Assembly (NCBI RefSeq): GCF_041919775.1
Contig: NZ_JAYRTE010000006.1
Span: 13,862-77,861, forward strand
DNA: 64,000 bases
From: Arenimonas sp.
GTDB taxonomy: Bacteria; Pseudomonadota; Gammaproteobacteria; Xanthomonadales; Xanthomonadaceae
Direction: 5' to 3'
Below, piece after piece: positions 40,138 through 51,026 of the stretch. Below the pieces are notes generated by a model. The model was given only the letters and a program-made list of their open reading frames with translations. It did not search any database and was not told where the DNA came from. Position numbers and translations under genes: made by a program. Position 1 is the stretch's first letter, and each line of letters opens with the position of its first letter.

Positions 40138-41207
40138 TGATCGCCCCGGAAAAACCCGTGATCTCCATCGGATTCGTCATCAACGACATGGCGACCGAGA
40201 AGAACAACTACACCACCATCCGCCTGGCCCGATCGGCGATCAGTCGCGGCCACGACGTCTGCCTGATCGGGCTGGGCGACTTCATCTATTCCGCCGATGG
40301 CAGCATCCACGCCAATGCCCACCGGCCTTCGGGAACGGATTACGAGGACGACGACGCCTTGCTCGCCGACCTGCAGGGCAAGGACGCCCGCATCGAGCGG
40401 GTGAAGGTGGACGAGCTGGACGTACTGATGCTGCGCAGCGACCCGGCCGAGGAGCTCGACAAGCGGCCCTGGGCGCCGAACAGCGGCCTGCTGTTCGCCC
40501 AGCTGGCGGTGCTCAAGCACGTCATCGTGCTCAACGATCCGGTGCACCTGACCGATGCTTCCAACAAGACCTATTTCCAGCACTTCCCGGAAACCGTGCG
40601 GCCGCTCACCTGCATCACCCGGGACACCGACGAGATCAAGGAGTTCATCAAGGCCAACGACGGCAGCGCGGTGATCAAGCCGCTGCAGGGCTCCGGTGGC
40701 CAGAGCGTCTTCGTGATCACCCCCGAAAGCGGGGGCAACCTCAACCAGATGATCGAGGCGGTGACGCGCGACGGCTACGCCATTGCCCAGGAATACCTGC
40801 CCGAAGCGGCCAAGGGCGACTTCCGCCTGCTTATGCTCAACGGCCGGCCCCTGCGCGTGGACGGCACCTATGCCTGCATCCGCCGCTACAACGACTCGGG
40901 CGATGCCCGCAGCAACATCACGGCCGGCGGCAAGTACGAGATGGCCGTGCCGACCGAAAGCGCGCTGCGCCTGGCCGAGATCGTCGGCCCCAAGCTGATG
41001 CGCGACGGCATGTACCTGGCCGGCCTGGACATCGCGGGCGACAAGATGATGGAGATCAACGTCGACACGCCCGGCGGCATCACGATGGCCGACGACCTGA
41101 CCGGCATCGACTTCAGCAGCGTGATCATCGAGGACCTGCAGCGAAAGGTGCAGCTGCGCAACCACTACAACGGCACGCTGACCAATACCGAGCTGGCGAT
41201 GATGTGA
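40137..41207 (+). CDS. ATP-grasp ligase, glutathione synthetase/RimK-like
   Basis: N-terminal pre-ATP-grasp region (ISIGFVINDM...IRLA), VIKPLQGSGGQSVF and MEINV ATP-grasp motifs. The ATG shares one base with the upstream stop. Confidence 0.8.
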   Translation: MIAPEKPVISIGFVINDMATEKNNYTTIRLARSAISRGHDVCLIGLGDFIYSADGSIHANAHRPSGTDYEDDDALLADLQGKDARIERVKVDELDVLMLRSDPAEELDKRPWAPNSGLLFAQLAVLKHVIVLNDPVHLTDASNKTYFQHFPETVRPLTCITRDTDEIKEFIKANDGSAVIKPLQGSGGQSVFVITPESGGNLNQMIEAVTRDGYAIAQEYLPEAAKGDFRLLMLNGRPLRVDGTYACIRRYNDSGDARSNITAGGKYEMAVPTESALRLAEIVGPKLMRDGMYLAGLDIAGDKMMEINVDTPGGITMADDLTGIDFSSVIIEDLQRKVQLRNHYNGTLTNTELAMM

Positions 41208-41854
41208 TGCGCAGCCCGGCCTCTCCCGTCCTGGAAGGGAATTGCGAAACGCCCGTTTCGCCACCCCGGGGATTGCCGGATGCAAACCCGGCGCTGCCGC
41301 TCAAGGGTCTGCCGCCCCTGCTCGGCGACGATGCCCGGGTGCTCGTGCTCGGTTCCATGCCGGGAGCTGAATCGCTGCGCAAGCGCGAGTACTACGCGCA
41401 TCCGCGCAACCACTTCTGGCGGATCATCCAGGACTTCTACCTGATTCCGCGCGAGCTGCCCTACGGCGTTCGCGTCGAAGCGCTCCGGGGCACCGGCGTC
41501 GCGGTCTGGGACGTGCTGGCCAGCTGCCATCGCGAAGGCAGCCTCGATGCCGCGATCGACCGCGCGAGCATGCGCGTCAACGCCATCGACCGCCTCGTGC
41601 AGAGCCAGCCCCGCCTCGAGCGCATCGTGTTCAACGGCGCATTCGCCGAACAGGTGTACCGCTCGCACATCCATGCACAGGTGGAATCCGTGCGGCCGGT
41701 GTCCACCGTGCGCCTGCCCTCGACCAGCCCCGCCAACGCCACGTTCAGCTACGACCGCAAGCTGGCCGCCTGGCGTGCGGCGCTGCTGCCCGGCTGTGGC
41801 ACGGAGATTGCTACCGACTTATCGACTCCCCCCAAGCAAAGAGGCAAGCCATGA
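41204..41854 (+). CDS. DNA-deoxyinosine (hypoxanthine) glycosylase, UDG family 6-like
   Basis: ARVLVLGSMPGAESLRKREYYAHPRNHFWRI and LPSTSPAN motifs. Overlaps the upstream stop. Confidence 0.7.
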   Translation: MMRSPASPVLEGNCETPVSPPRGLPDANPALPLKGLPPLLGDDARVLVLGSMPGAESLRKREYYAHPRNHFWRIIQDFYLIPRELPYGVRVEALRGTGVAVWDVLASCHREGSLDAAIDRASMRVNAIDRLVQSQPRLERIVFNGAFAEQVYRSHIHAQVESVRPVSTVRLPSTSPANATFSYDRKLAAWRAALLPGCGTEIATDLSTPPKQRGKP

Positions 41855-42485
41855 AGCACAAGGTCGACCATCCGCAGCTCGAGGAGCTGCTGCTCCAGGC
41901 CCTGGAAACCGAACTCGGCGGCATCCAGGTCTACACCACCGCGATCGGGTGCGCCGTCAACGACGACCTGCGCAAGGAGTGGAAGTAATACCTGGAGGAA
42001 ACCCAGCGCCATCGCGACATCCTGCTCAGCGTCTTCGAATCGCTGGGCCTGGATCCGCAGGCGCAGTCGCCGGGCCGCAAGGTCGTCGCCCACCTGGGTC
42101 ACGCGCTGGTGAAGGCCATGGAGATCGCCCGCGACGAAGGCGATGCCGCCGCCGCGGAGCTGGTTGCCGGCGAGTGCGTGGTGCTGGCGAGTGCGTGGTG
42201 CTGGCGGAAACCAAGGACCACCAGAACTGGGAGCTGATCGGCCTGATCGCCGAGAAATGCTCGGGTGACCAGATCACCGTGCTGCGCCGGGCGCGCGAGG
42301 CGATCGGCAACGATGAAGACCACCACCTGCTGCACACCACGGGCTGGACCCGCGAGCTGTGGATCAAGTCGCTGGGTCTGCCGGCCGTGCTGCCGCCGCC
42401 CGAAGAGGTCAAGAACGTCGAAACCAAGATCGGTGCCTCCCGGGCCGAACAGGCCCGCAACGACATGCTGCGCGGGAAGCACTGA
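41851..42485 (+). pseudogene. disrupted helical (ferritin-like?) protein gene: in-frame TAA at 41986-41988 plus a frameshifting 17-bp tandem duplication
   Basis: The frame from the ATG at 41851 hits TAA at codon 46. The same frame continues sensibly (YLEETQRHRDILLSVFESLG...) up to the duplication at 42172-42205. Afterwards the sense continues in another frame (ETKDHQNWELIGLIAEK...GKH*). Confidence 0.75.
42172..42205 (+). repeat. exact 17-bp direct tandem duplication (GAGTGCGTGGTGCTGGC x2)
   Basis: Copies at 42172-42188 and 42189-42205 are identical. The length is not a multiple of 3. Confidence 0.95.
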
Positions 42486-42501
42486 ACGCAGCGGCCCGGC
42501 C

Positions 42502-43917
42502 TCAGTCCAGCGCCTCGGTCCCCATCGCCGGACAGTTCGCCAGGTCGCTGCGGTCGGGGCTGTCGTCGACCTGCTTGCCGGCGTCGCGCAGCGCGGTGCG
42601 CAGGCCCTCTTCGAGTACCGGGTGGTAGAAAGGCATGCGTAGCAGGTCGAAGACCGTGAGCTGCTGGTCGACGGCCAGCGCCAGAAGGTGGGCCAGGTGG
42701 TCGCCCGAAGGCGCGCACAGTTCGGCGCCGAGCAGGCAGCCAGTGTCGCGGGCGGCGTAGACGCGCAGCAGGCCTTCGTTCTTCTGCGCCGCGCGGGCGC
42801 GGCCCTGGCGGCGGAAGTCCACCTCGCCGACGACGGTGTCGTCCGGCAGTTCCGACCGGCGCTGGCCCACGTGCGCGGACACCGGGTCGGAGAACACCAC
42901 GCCCAGCGGCGTGCGCCGCTGGTAGCAGATCGGTTCGTCGGCCATCGCGTTGCGGCCGGCGATGAAACCCTCGTCCGCGGCCTCGTGCAGGATCGGCGCA
43001 TGCGTGTTGACGTCGCCGGCAATGAAGACCGGGGTGTCGCCGATGCGCAGCAGGCCGGGCTCGAAGGGGGGCAGGCCCTTGTCGCTCAGTTCCACGCCCA
43101 GCGTATCCAGGCCGACATCGTCCAGGTTCGGGCGGCGGCCGATGGCGGCCAGCACCGCGTCCACTTCGACGTGGGTTCCACCGGCCTGCACGCGCACGCC
43201 GTCGCCCGCCGCTTCAAGCCCGACCTCGTGGCCGGTGTGGATGGTGAATTCCTGGTCAAGCAGGGCGCGAAGCGTCGCGTTCACCTTTTCGTCGTGCAGG
43301 CCGGCCAGGCGGTCGCTGCTGCTGAAGGCGGTCACCTCGATGCCCAGCCGCGACAGCGCCTGCGCCATTTCGACGCCGATCGCGCCCAAACCGATCACCG
43401 CGATGCGTCGGGGCAGGTCGGCGCGTTCGAACAGCGAGTCGGTGGTGAAGACGCGCTCGCCCAGCTTTGCCCAGGGGCCCGGCAGCACCGGCCGCGAGCC
43501 GGTGGCAAGGATGATCCGACGGGCACGAAACTCCCGGTCGCCCACGGCAACGCAGTCGGGACCCAGCAGCCGGCCGCGACCGGCGATATTGCGATCGCCG
43601 AGGTCTTCGGTGGCCTTGAGCACGCCCGACACGTAGAAGTCGCGCAGCTTGCGCACGCGCGCCAGCACCGCCGGGATGTCGACCGCCAGCCGGTCGGCCC
43701 CGCTGACGCCGAATTCGCCCAGCTTCTTCCGGGCATGAAAGGCATTGGCGGCCTCGATGAAGACTTTCGACGGCATGCAGCCCACGCGCGCGCAGGTGGT
43801 GCCGTAGGGGCCGTCGTTGACCAGCAGAAAGTCGTCGGTGCGCTTTCGCACTTCGCGCAGGGCCGCCAGGCCGGCCGTGCCGGCGCCGAGGATGATGGTG
43901 TCGCAGGTCGAGGGCAT
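42502..43917 (-). CDS. pyridine nucleotide-disulfide oxidoreductase, dihydrolipoyl dehydrogenase family
   Basis: ILGAGTAGLAA FAD fold, redox CxxxxC TCARVGCMPSK, IGLGAIGVE NAD fold, C-terminal HPVLEEG. Start set at MPSTCD. Confidence 0.85.
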   Translation of the reverse strand: MPSTCDTIILGAGTAGLAALREVRKRTDDFLLVNDGPYGTTCARVGCMPSKVFIEAANAFHARKKLGEFGVSGADRLAVDIPAVLARVRKLRDFYVSGVLKATEDLGDRNIAGRGRLLGPDCVAVGDREFRARRIILATGSRPVLPGPWAKLGERVFTTDSLFERADLPRRIAVIGLGAIGVEMAQALSRLGIEVTAFSSSDRLAGLHDEKVNATLRALLDQEFTIHTGHEVGLEAAGDGVRVQAGGTHVEVDAVLAAIGRRPNLDDVGLDTLGVELSDKGLPPFEPGLLRIGDTPVFIAGDVNTHAPILHEAADEGFIAGRNAMADEPICYQRRTPLGVVFSDPVSAHVGQRRSELPDDTVVGEVDFRRQGRARAAQKNEGLLRVYAARDTGCLLGAELCAPSGDHLAHLLALAVDQQLTVFDLLRMPFYHPVLEEGLRTALRDAGKQVDDSPDRSDLANCPAMGTEALD

Positions 43918-44067
43918 GCGCTGCTCTCCTTGGGCGTTGGCACCATCGTGAACGATTCGCGCCCCGGTGCGCAAAAACGGGGTGGCGATGCGCAGGCGCG
44001 CGTTCATGGAAGTGAATCCGGCATTTTTGTCTCATGCTTTGCGACCCGTCCCGCCGACCCTGTTGCC

Positions 44068-45285
44068 ATGGAACTCAACCGCAAGCTGGCCATCCTGGCC
44101 GACGCCGCCAAATACGACGCGTCCTGCGCGTCCAGCGGCGCCAACAAGCGCGATTCGCGCAACTCCGGTGGCATCGGCAGCACGGGCGGCATGGGCATCT
44201 GCCACAGCTACACGCCGGACGGCCGCTGCGTGTCGCTGCTGAAGATCCTGCTCACCAACTTCTGCATCTACGACTGCGCGTACTGCGTCAACCGCGTCTC
44301 AAGCAACGTGCCGCGCGCCCGCTTCACGCCCGAAGAGGTGGTGCGGCTGACGCTGGACTTCTACAAGCGCAACCTCATCGAGGGCCTGTTCCTGTCCAGC
44401 GGCATCATCCGCAACGGCGACTACACGATGGAACAGCTGGTGGCCGTGGCCCGCAGCCTGCGCAAGGAGCACCGCTTCCGCGGCTACATCCACCTCAAGA
44501 CCATTCCCGAGGCCTCGCCCGAGCTGTTGGCCGAAGCGGGCCGTTACGCCGACCGCCTGAGCATCAACGTCGAACTGCCCACCGAAGAAGGCCTGGCCGC
44601 GCTGGCGCCGGAAAAGCGCATGCCGGGCATCCACCAGGCCATGGGTGCGCTGAAGCTGAAGATCGACGAGGCCAAGGCGGAGAAGAAGGCGCCGCGGTTC
44701 TCGCCGGCGGGACAAAGCACGCAGATGATCGTCGGCGCCGACGGCGCCGACGACCGCCGCATCCTGCAGGCCAGCGACCAGCTTTACGGGGACTACCGGC
44801 TGCGTCGCGTCTACTACTCGGCCTTCAGCCCGATTCCCGACGCGTCGGCGGCGCTGCCGGCCCGCTCGCCGCCGCTGCTGCGCGAACACCGGCTCTACCA
44901 GGCCGACTGGCTGCTGCGCTTCTACGGTTTCGGCGTGGATGAAATCGCGCCGCCCGACGCCGGCATGCTCGACCTGCAGGTCGACCCCAAGCTGGCCTGG
45001 GCGCTGCGACATCCCGAAGGTTTTCCGGTGGACCTCAACAAGGCGCCGAAGGAATGGCTGCTGCGCGTGCCGGGCCTGGGTACGCGCAACGTCGCCCGGG
45101 TGCTGAAGGCGCGCCGGCACCGGCGGCTGCGGGTGGACGACCTCGCCCGGCTGCGGGCGCCGCTGGCCAAGCTGCTGCCCTTCGTGCAGCTGGCCGACCA
45201 CGTGCCCGGCCATGCGCTCGATCGGCCCGACCGCCTGCGGGCGCAGCTGGCGCCGCCGCCGCGGCAGGCTGACCTGTTCGGATGA
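44068..45285 (+). CDS. putative DNA modification/repair radical SAM protein (TIGR03916-like)
   Basis: LAILADAAKYDASCASSG N-terminus, CIYDCAYCVNR radical-SAM CxxxCxxC, C-terminal helix-hairpin-helix-like LLRVPGLGTRNVARVL. Confidence 0.85.
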   Translation: MELNRKLAILADAAKYDASCASSGANKRDSRNSGGIGSTGGMGICHSYTPDGRCVSLLKILLTNFCIYDCAYCVNRVSSNVPRARFTPEEVVRLTLDFYKRNLIEGLFLSSGIIRNGDYTMEQLVAVARSLRKEHRFRGYIHLKTIPEASPELLAEAGRYADRLSINVELPTEEGLAALAPEKRMPGIHQAMGALKLKIDEAKAEKKAPRFSPAGQSTQMIVGADGADDRRILQASDQLYGDYRLRRVYYSAFSPIPDASAALPARSPPLLREHRLYQADWLLRFYGFGVDEIAPPDAGMLDLQVDPKLAWALRHPEGFPVDLNKAPKEWLLRVPGLGTRNVARVLKARRHRRLRVDDLARLRAPLAKLLPFVQLADHVPGHALDRPDRLRAQLAPPPRQADLFG

Positions 45286-46220
45286 AGGGCTGGTTTCCGC
45301 GCTGGTCGGCCCGGGTCGAGCCGGGCTGGGACGGGGACGCCTGGCGTGCGGCGCTGGGCGCGGCGCTGCGGGCGGGCGTACCGCCTTGCGACGTCGACTG
45401 GGGCGAGGACGGCCCGGCGCTGTTCCTTGCGCCGGATGTGCGCGAGGCGCCGCCCAAGCGCGGCGAGCTGCGCCTGCCCCGCGCATTCGTGGACCGTGCC
45501 ACCACCGCCCTGTGCCACGCCGATCCGGCCCGCCTGCCGCTGCTGCACCAGGTCGCCTGGCGCCTGCTGCACGGCGAACGCGGCGCCATCGACGACCCCA
45601 GCGACCCGGACAACCTGGCGCTGGACCGGCTTGAGCGCGAGGTCCGGCGCGACAGCCACAAGATGAAGGCCTTCGTGCGCTTCCGCGAGCTGCGCCCCGG
45701 CAGCGACGACTTCATCGCCTGGTTCGAACCCGGCCACCACATCGTCGACCGGGTTGCGCCGTTTTTCGCAAAACGTTTCGCCGGCATGCGCTGGGCGATC
45801 TTCACGCCCTACCGCAGCGTGGCCTGGGACGGCGCGCAGCTGGCCTTCGGCGAAGGCACGCAGCAAGCCGCCTTGCCGGCCGCGGAAGACTCCGACGGCC
45901 AGGCGCTGTGGCGCACCTATTACGCGAACATCTTCAATCCGGCGCGGGTGAAGGTGCAGGCGATGCAGAGGGAAATGCCGAAGAAGTACTGGAAGCACCT
46001 GCCCGAGGCGCGGCTGATCCCGGGCCTGCTGGCCGAAGCGCCGGCCCGCGCGCGGGCGATGCAGCTGGCGGCGCCGACCCTGCCGCACGCCGCCACCCTG
46101 GCCCGCGGCCGCAAGGCGGCGCTGGCCGCGCTGCCGGCGCTTCCAGGTGCGGGCCCGACAACCGGCGACCCTGCGCCGGTTGATCCGCCGGATGATCGGC
46201 CGGACGATCGGCCGGCCTGA
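45282..46220 (+). CDS. DUF4130 / TIGR03915-like putative DNA metabolism protein
   Basis: [10 protein letters not shown]...[12 protein letters not shown]...[15 protein letters not shown]...[13 protein letters not shown] pattern. ATGA overlap with the radical SAM gene. C-terminal PDDRPDDRP low-complexity tail. Confidence 0.7.
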   Translation: MKGWFPRWSARVEPGWDGDAWRAALGAALRAGVPPCDVDWGEDGPALFLAPDVREAPPKRGELRLPRAFVDRATTALCHADPARLPLLHQVAWRLLHGERGAIDDPSDPDNLALDRLEREVRRDSHKMKAFVRFRELRPGSDDFIAWFEPGHHIVDRVAPFFAKRFAGMRWAIFTPYRSVAWDGAQLAFGEGTQQAALPAAEDSDGQALWRTYYANIFNPARVKVQAMQREMPKKYWKHLPEARLIPGLLAEAPARARAMQLAAPTLPHAATLARGRKAALAALPALPGAGPTTGDPAPVDPPDDRPDDRPA

Positions 46221-46275
46221 GCCCGCCGCCGCTTCGTGCGAAAATGGCCGCCCTGCCCTGGAGCCCGCGGCCATC

Positions 46276-47310
46276 ATGACTTCACTCACGCTCACCCGCC
46301 CCGACGACTGGCACCTGCACCTGCGCGACGGCGGGATGCTGGCGCGCGTGCTGCCCGACACCGCCCGCCAGTTCGCGCGCGCCATCGTGATGCCCAACCT
46401 GGTGCCGCCGGTGACCACCGTCGCGCTGGCCGGCGCCTACCGCGAGCGCATCCTGGCCGCGCTGCCGGCGGGCATGCAGTTCGAGCCGCTGATGACGCTG
46501 TACCTGACCGAGCGCACCTCGCCACAGGACATCGCCGAGGCGAAGGCCAGCGGCTTCGTGCACGCGGTGAAGTGGTACCCGGCCGGCGCCACCACCAATT
46601 CCGACGCCGGCGTATCGAACATCGAGCGCTGCGCCGCGACCCTGCAGGCCATGCAGGACCACGACCTGCCGCTGCTGGTGCACGGCGAAGTCACCGGCGC
46701 CGACGTGGACGTGTTCGACCGCGAGGCGGTGTTCATCGAAACCCTGCTCAAACCGCTGCTGCAGCGTTTCCCGGCGCTGCGCGTCGTGCTCGAGCACATC
46801 ACCACCCGCCAGGCCGCGGAGTTCATCGCCGGCGCGCCGGCGAACGTCGCCGCGACGATCACGCCGCACCACCTGCTGATGAACCGCAACGCGCTGTTCA
46901 CCGGCGGCCTGCGCCCGCACCACTACTGCCTGCCGGTGCTCAAGCGCGAAGAACACCGCCTGGCCCTGGTTGCCGCGGCCACCGGCGGCAGCCCGAAGTT
47001 CTTCCTCGGCACCGACAGCGCGCCGCACACCCGCGGAGCCAAGGAGTCGGCCTGCGGCTGCGCCGGCATGTACAGCGCGCACGCGGCGCTGGAGTTGTAC
47101 GCCGAAGTGTTCGAAGCCGAAGGCGCGCTGGACAAGCTGGAAGCCTTCGCCAGCTTCCACGGCCCGGACTTCTACCGCCTGCCGCGCAACACCGACCGCA
47201 TCACCCTGGTGCGCGAGGCGTGGACGCTGCCGGCCGAGCTGGGCGAGGGCGCCACGGCGCTGGTGCCGCTGCGCGCTGGCACTGAACTGGCCTGGCGGCT
47301 GCAAGGCTGA
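46276..47310 (+). CDS. pyrC: dihydroorotase (homodimeric type)
   Basis: [12 protein letters not shown] and AIVMPNL motifs, later [10 protein letters not shown]. Confidence 0.9.
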   Translation: MTSLTLTRPDDWHLHLRDGGMLARVLPDTARQFARAIVMPNLVPPVTTVALAGAYRERILAALPAGMQFEPLMTLYLTERTSPQDIAEAKASGFVHAVKWYPAGATTNSDAGVSNIERCAATLQAMQDHDLPLLVHGEVTGADVDVFDREAVFIETLLKPLLQRFPALRVVLEHITTRQAAEFIAGAPANVAATITPHHLLMNRNALFTGGLRPHHYCLPVLKREEHRLALVAAATGGSPKFFLGTDSAPHTRGAKESACGCAGMYSAHAALELYAEVFEAEGALDKLEAFASFHGPDFYRLPRNTDRITLVREAWTLPAELGEGATALVPLRAGTELAWRLQG

Positions 47311-47322
47311 GTGACGCAGGCC

Positions 47323-48126
47323 ATGGCCACCCTGTCGGCGATCCACGTCTATCCGGTGAAGTCCTGTGCCGGGCAGTCGCTGGAAAGTGCCACCGTGCAG
47401 CCGCGCGGCCTGGAGCACGACCGCCGCTGGATGCTGGTCGATCCCGACGGCAAGTTCATCACCGCTCGCCAGGAACCGCGCCTGCTGCAGGCCTACGCTG
47501 TCCCCACCGATGAAGGCCTGACGCTGGACGCCCCCGGCATGCCGACGCTCGCCGTCGCCGCGCCGCAAACCGGCGCCACGCTCACGGTGAAAGTCTGGAA
47601 GGACCACGTTGACGCGCTGGCCGCCGATGCCGCGGCCGACGACTGGTTCAGCCGCTATCTCGGCCGCCCCGTGCGCCTGGTCCACATGGGCGAAGACGTG
47701 ACCCGCCGCAATGGCTCGTCGCGCGCCCAGCCCGGCGACGAAGTCAGCTTCGCCGACTCGATGCCGCTGCTGCTCGTGTCGCTGGGCTCGCTCGACGCAT
47801 TGAACCGGCGCCTTGACCACCCCGTGCCCATGGGCCGCTTCCGGCCCAACCTGGTGGTCGACGGCGTCGACGCACACGCCGAGGACACCTGGAAGCAGGT
47901 CACCATCGGCGACGTGGTTTTCGATGTGGCCAAACCCTGCACCCGCTGCGTGCTGGTGACCATCGATGCCGACACGGGCCAGCGCGACGAGGGCGGCGAG
48001 CCCCTGCGCACACTCACCCGCTATCGCCGCACGGACGACGGCGTCGCCTTCGGGCAGCTGCTGATTCCCCGCTCGGGCGGCAGCGTCCGGCTGGGCGACG
48101 ACGTGATGGTGCGCACCCAGGGCTGA
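47323..48126 (+). CDS. MOSC domain protein (YcbX-like)
   Basis: IHVYPVKSCAG N-terminal beta-barrel motif and C-terminal KPCTRC MOSC cysteine motif. An alternative GTG start lies at 47311. Confidence 0.85.
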   Translation: MATLSAIHVYPVKSCAGQSLESATVQPRGLEHDRRWMLVDPDGKFITARQEPRLLQAYAVPTDEGLTLDAPGMPTLAVAAPQTGATLTVKVWKDHVDALAADAAADDWFSRYLGRPVRLVHMGEDVTRRNGSSRAQPGDEVSFADSMPLLLVSLGSLDALNRRLDHPVPMGRFRPNLVVDGVDAHAEDTWKQVTIGDVVFDVAKPCTRCVLVTIDADTGQRDEGGEPLRTLTRYRRTDDGVAFGQLLIPRSGGSVRLGDDVMVRTQG

Positions 48127-48135
48127 GCCAAAAAA

Positions 48136-48159
48136 GAACCCCGGCCGAAGCCGGGGTTC
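48136..48159 (-). terminator. rho-independent terminator of the S8 peptidase gene (possibly bidirectional)
   Basis: Stem GAACCCCGG / CCGGGGTTC. On the minus strand it is followed by a T-run (complement of AAAAAA at 48130-48135). It lies between convergent genes. Confidence 0.6.
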
Positions 48160-48183
48160 TGACTGCTGCACTGGAGCGATGGA

Positions 48184-50340
<2,157 letters not shown>

Positions 50341-50823
50341 GTTGGTGGATCCCCGAAAAAGGAAAACAGCGATTGCCGCAAAGCGGCCGTGTTTTGCATC
50401 CCTGCCCCGGGTCCCCTGGGCGTTGCACCCTGCCACGCGAGCCTTCAAGGCTTCTCGTGTCAGCAGGAGATTCCACGCCACCCGGACGTGTGACGCAGAT
50501 CACATCTGCATGACACCCGGCCGACGCTAGCTTTACGGTTTTCGGTCGTCAAGCCGCAGTGCCGCATGAACGGCCTGGGCCGGTCCGGCCGGCGGTTGGT
50601 CAAGAAATGACCGCGGAAAACAAGCTGTTTTTTTGAAGGAGGTCGTCGGCGCGGCAGCCGGTGCCCGGGGCCCCCGGGACGGCCGCCGGGGCAAACTGCG
50701 CGAACGGCGGCCGACGAACGGTCGTGCGGGGGCCGCCCAAGGACGGGCGCCCCCCTGCTTGCGACACCCCGGGGGCCGAACTAGCCTCCGGAGACCGGGG
50801 GACGGGTCGGACAAGGGGTGGCG

Positions 50824-50925
50824 GTGATCATTTATAGCGGCACGAAAGCGCAGTTCCTTGGCCATGCCGATGGCCGGATCGAAGAGCGCATCGCCGACGC
50901 CTTCCTCAGGTCCACCGGCCGCTAC
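50824..50925 (+). pseudogene. N-terminal stub (~34 codons) of a DUF2075-type (Schlafen-like ATPase) gene
   Basis: VIIYSGTKAQFLGHADGRIEERIADAFLRSTGRY resembles the conserved DUF2075 N-terminus as I recall it. The similarity stops abruptly and no ATPase domain follows. Confidence 0.4.
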
Positions 50926-51026
50926 GCCGGGCCGGGCGGGTCGTGCGCAACGTCGACGCGCAGCGCGTGGCCTACCTGGCTGGCGAGCTGGAAGCCATGG
51001 GCGTCAAGGCGGGAACGGCGGTGACG

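Noticed and set aside
46186-46217. 12-bp tandem GATGATCGGCCG/GACGATCGGCCG at the 3' end of the DUF4130 gene.
   Set aside because: It is in-frame (PDDRPDDRP) in a low-complexity C-terminal tail. It is probably harmless slippage and is mentioned only under the gene feature.
50481-50817. ORFs 50533..50865(-) and 50633..50827(+) in the GC-rich spacer upstream of the protease gene, plus a GAAGGAGG motif at ~50634.
   Set aside because: The translations are low-complexity (R/P/G/A). The 'start' after the RBS-like motif is TTG followed by implausible sequence. I treat the region as non-coding leader or promoter DNA. I could not recognise a riboswitch or sRNA fold.
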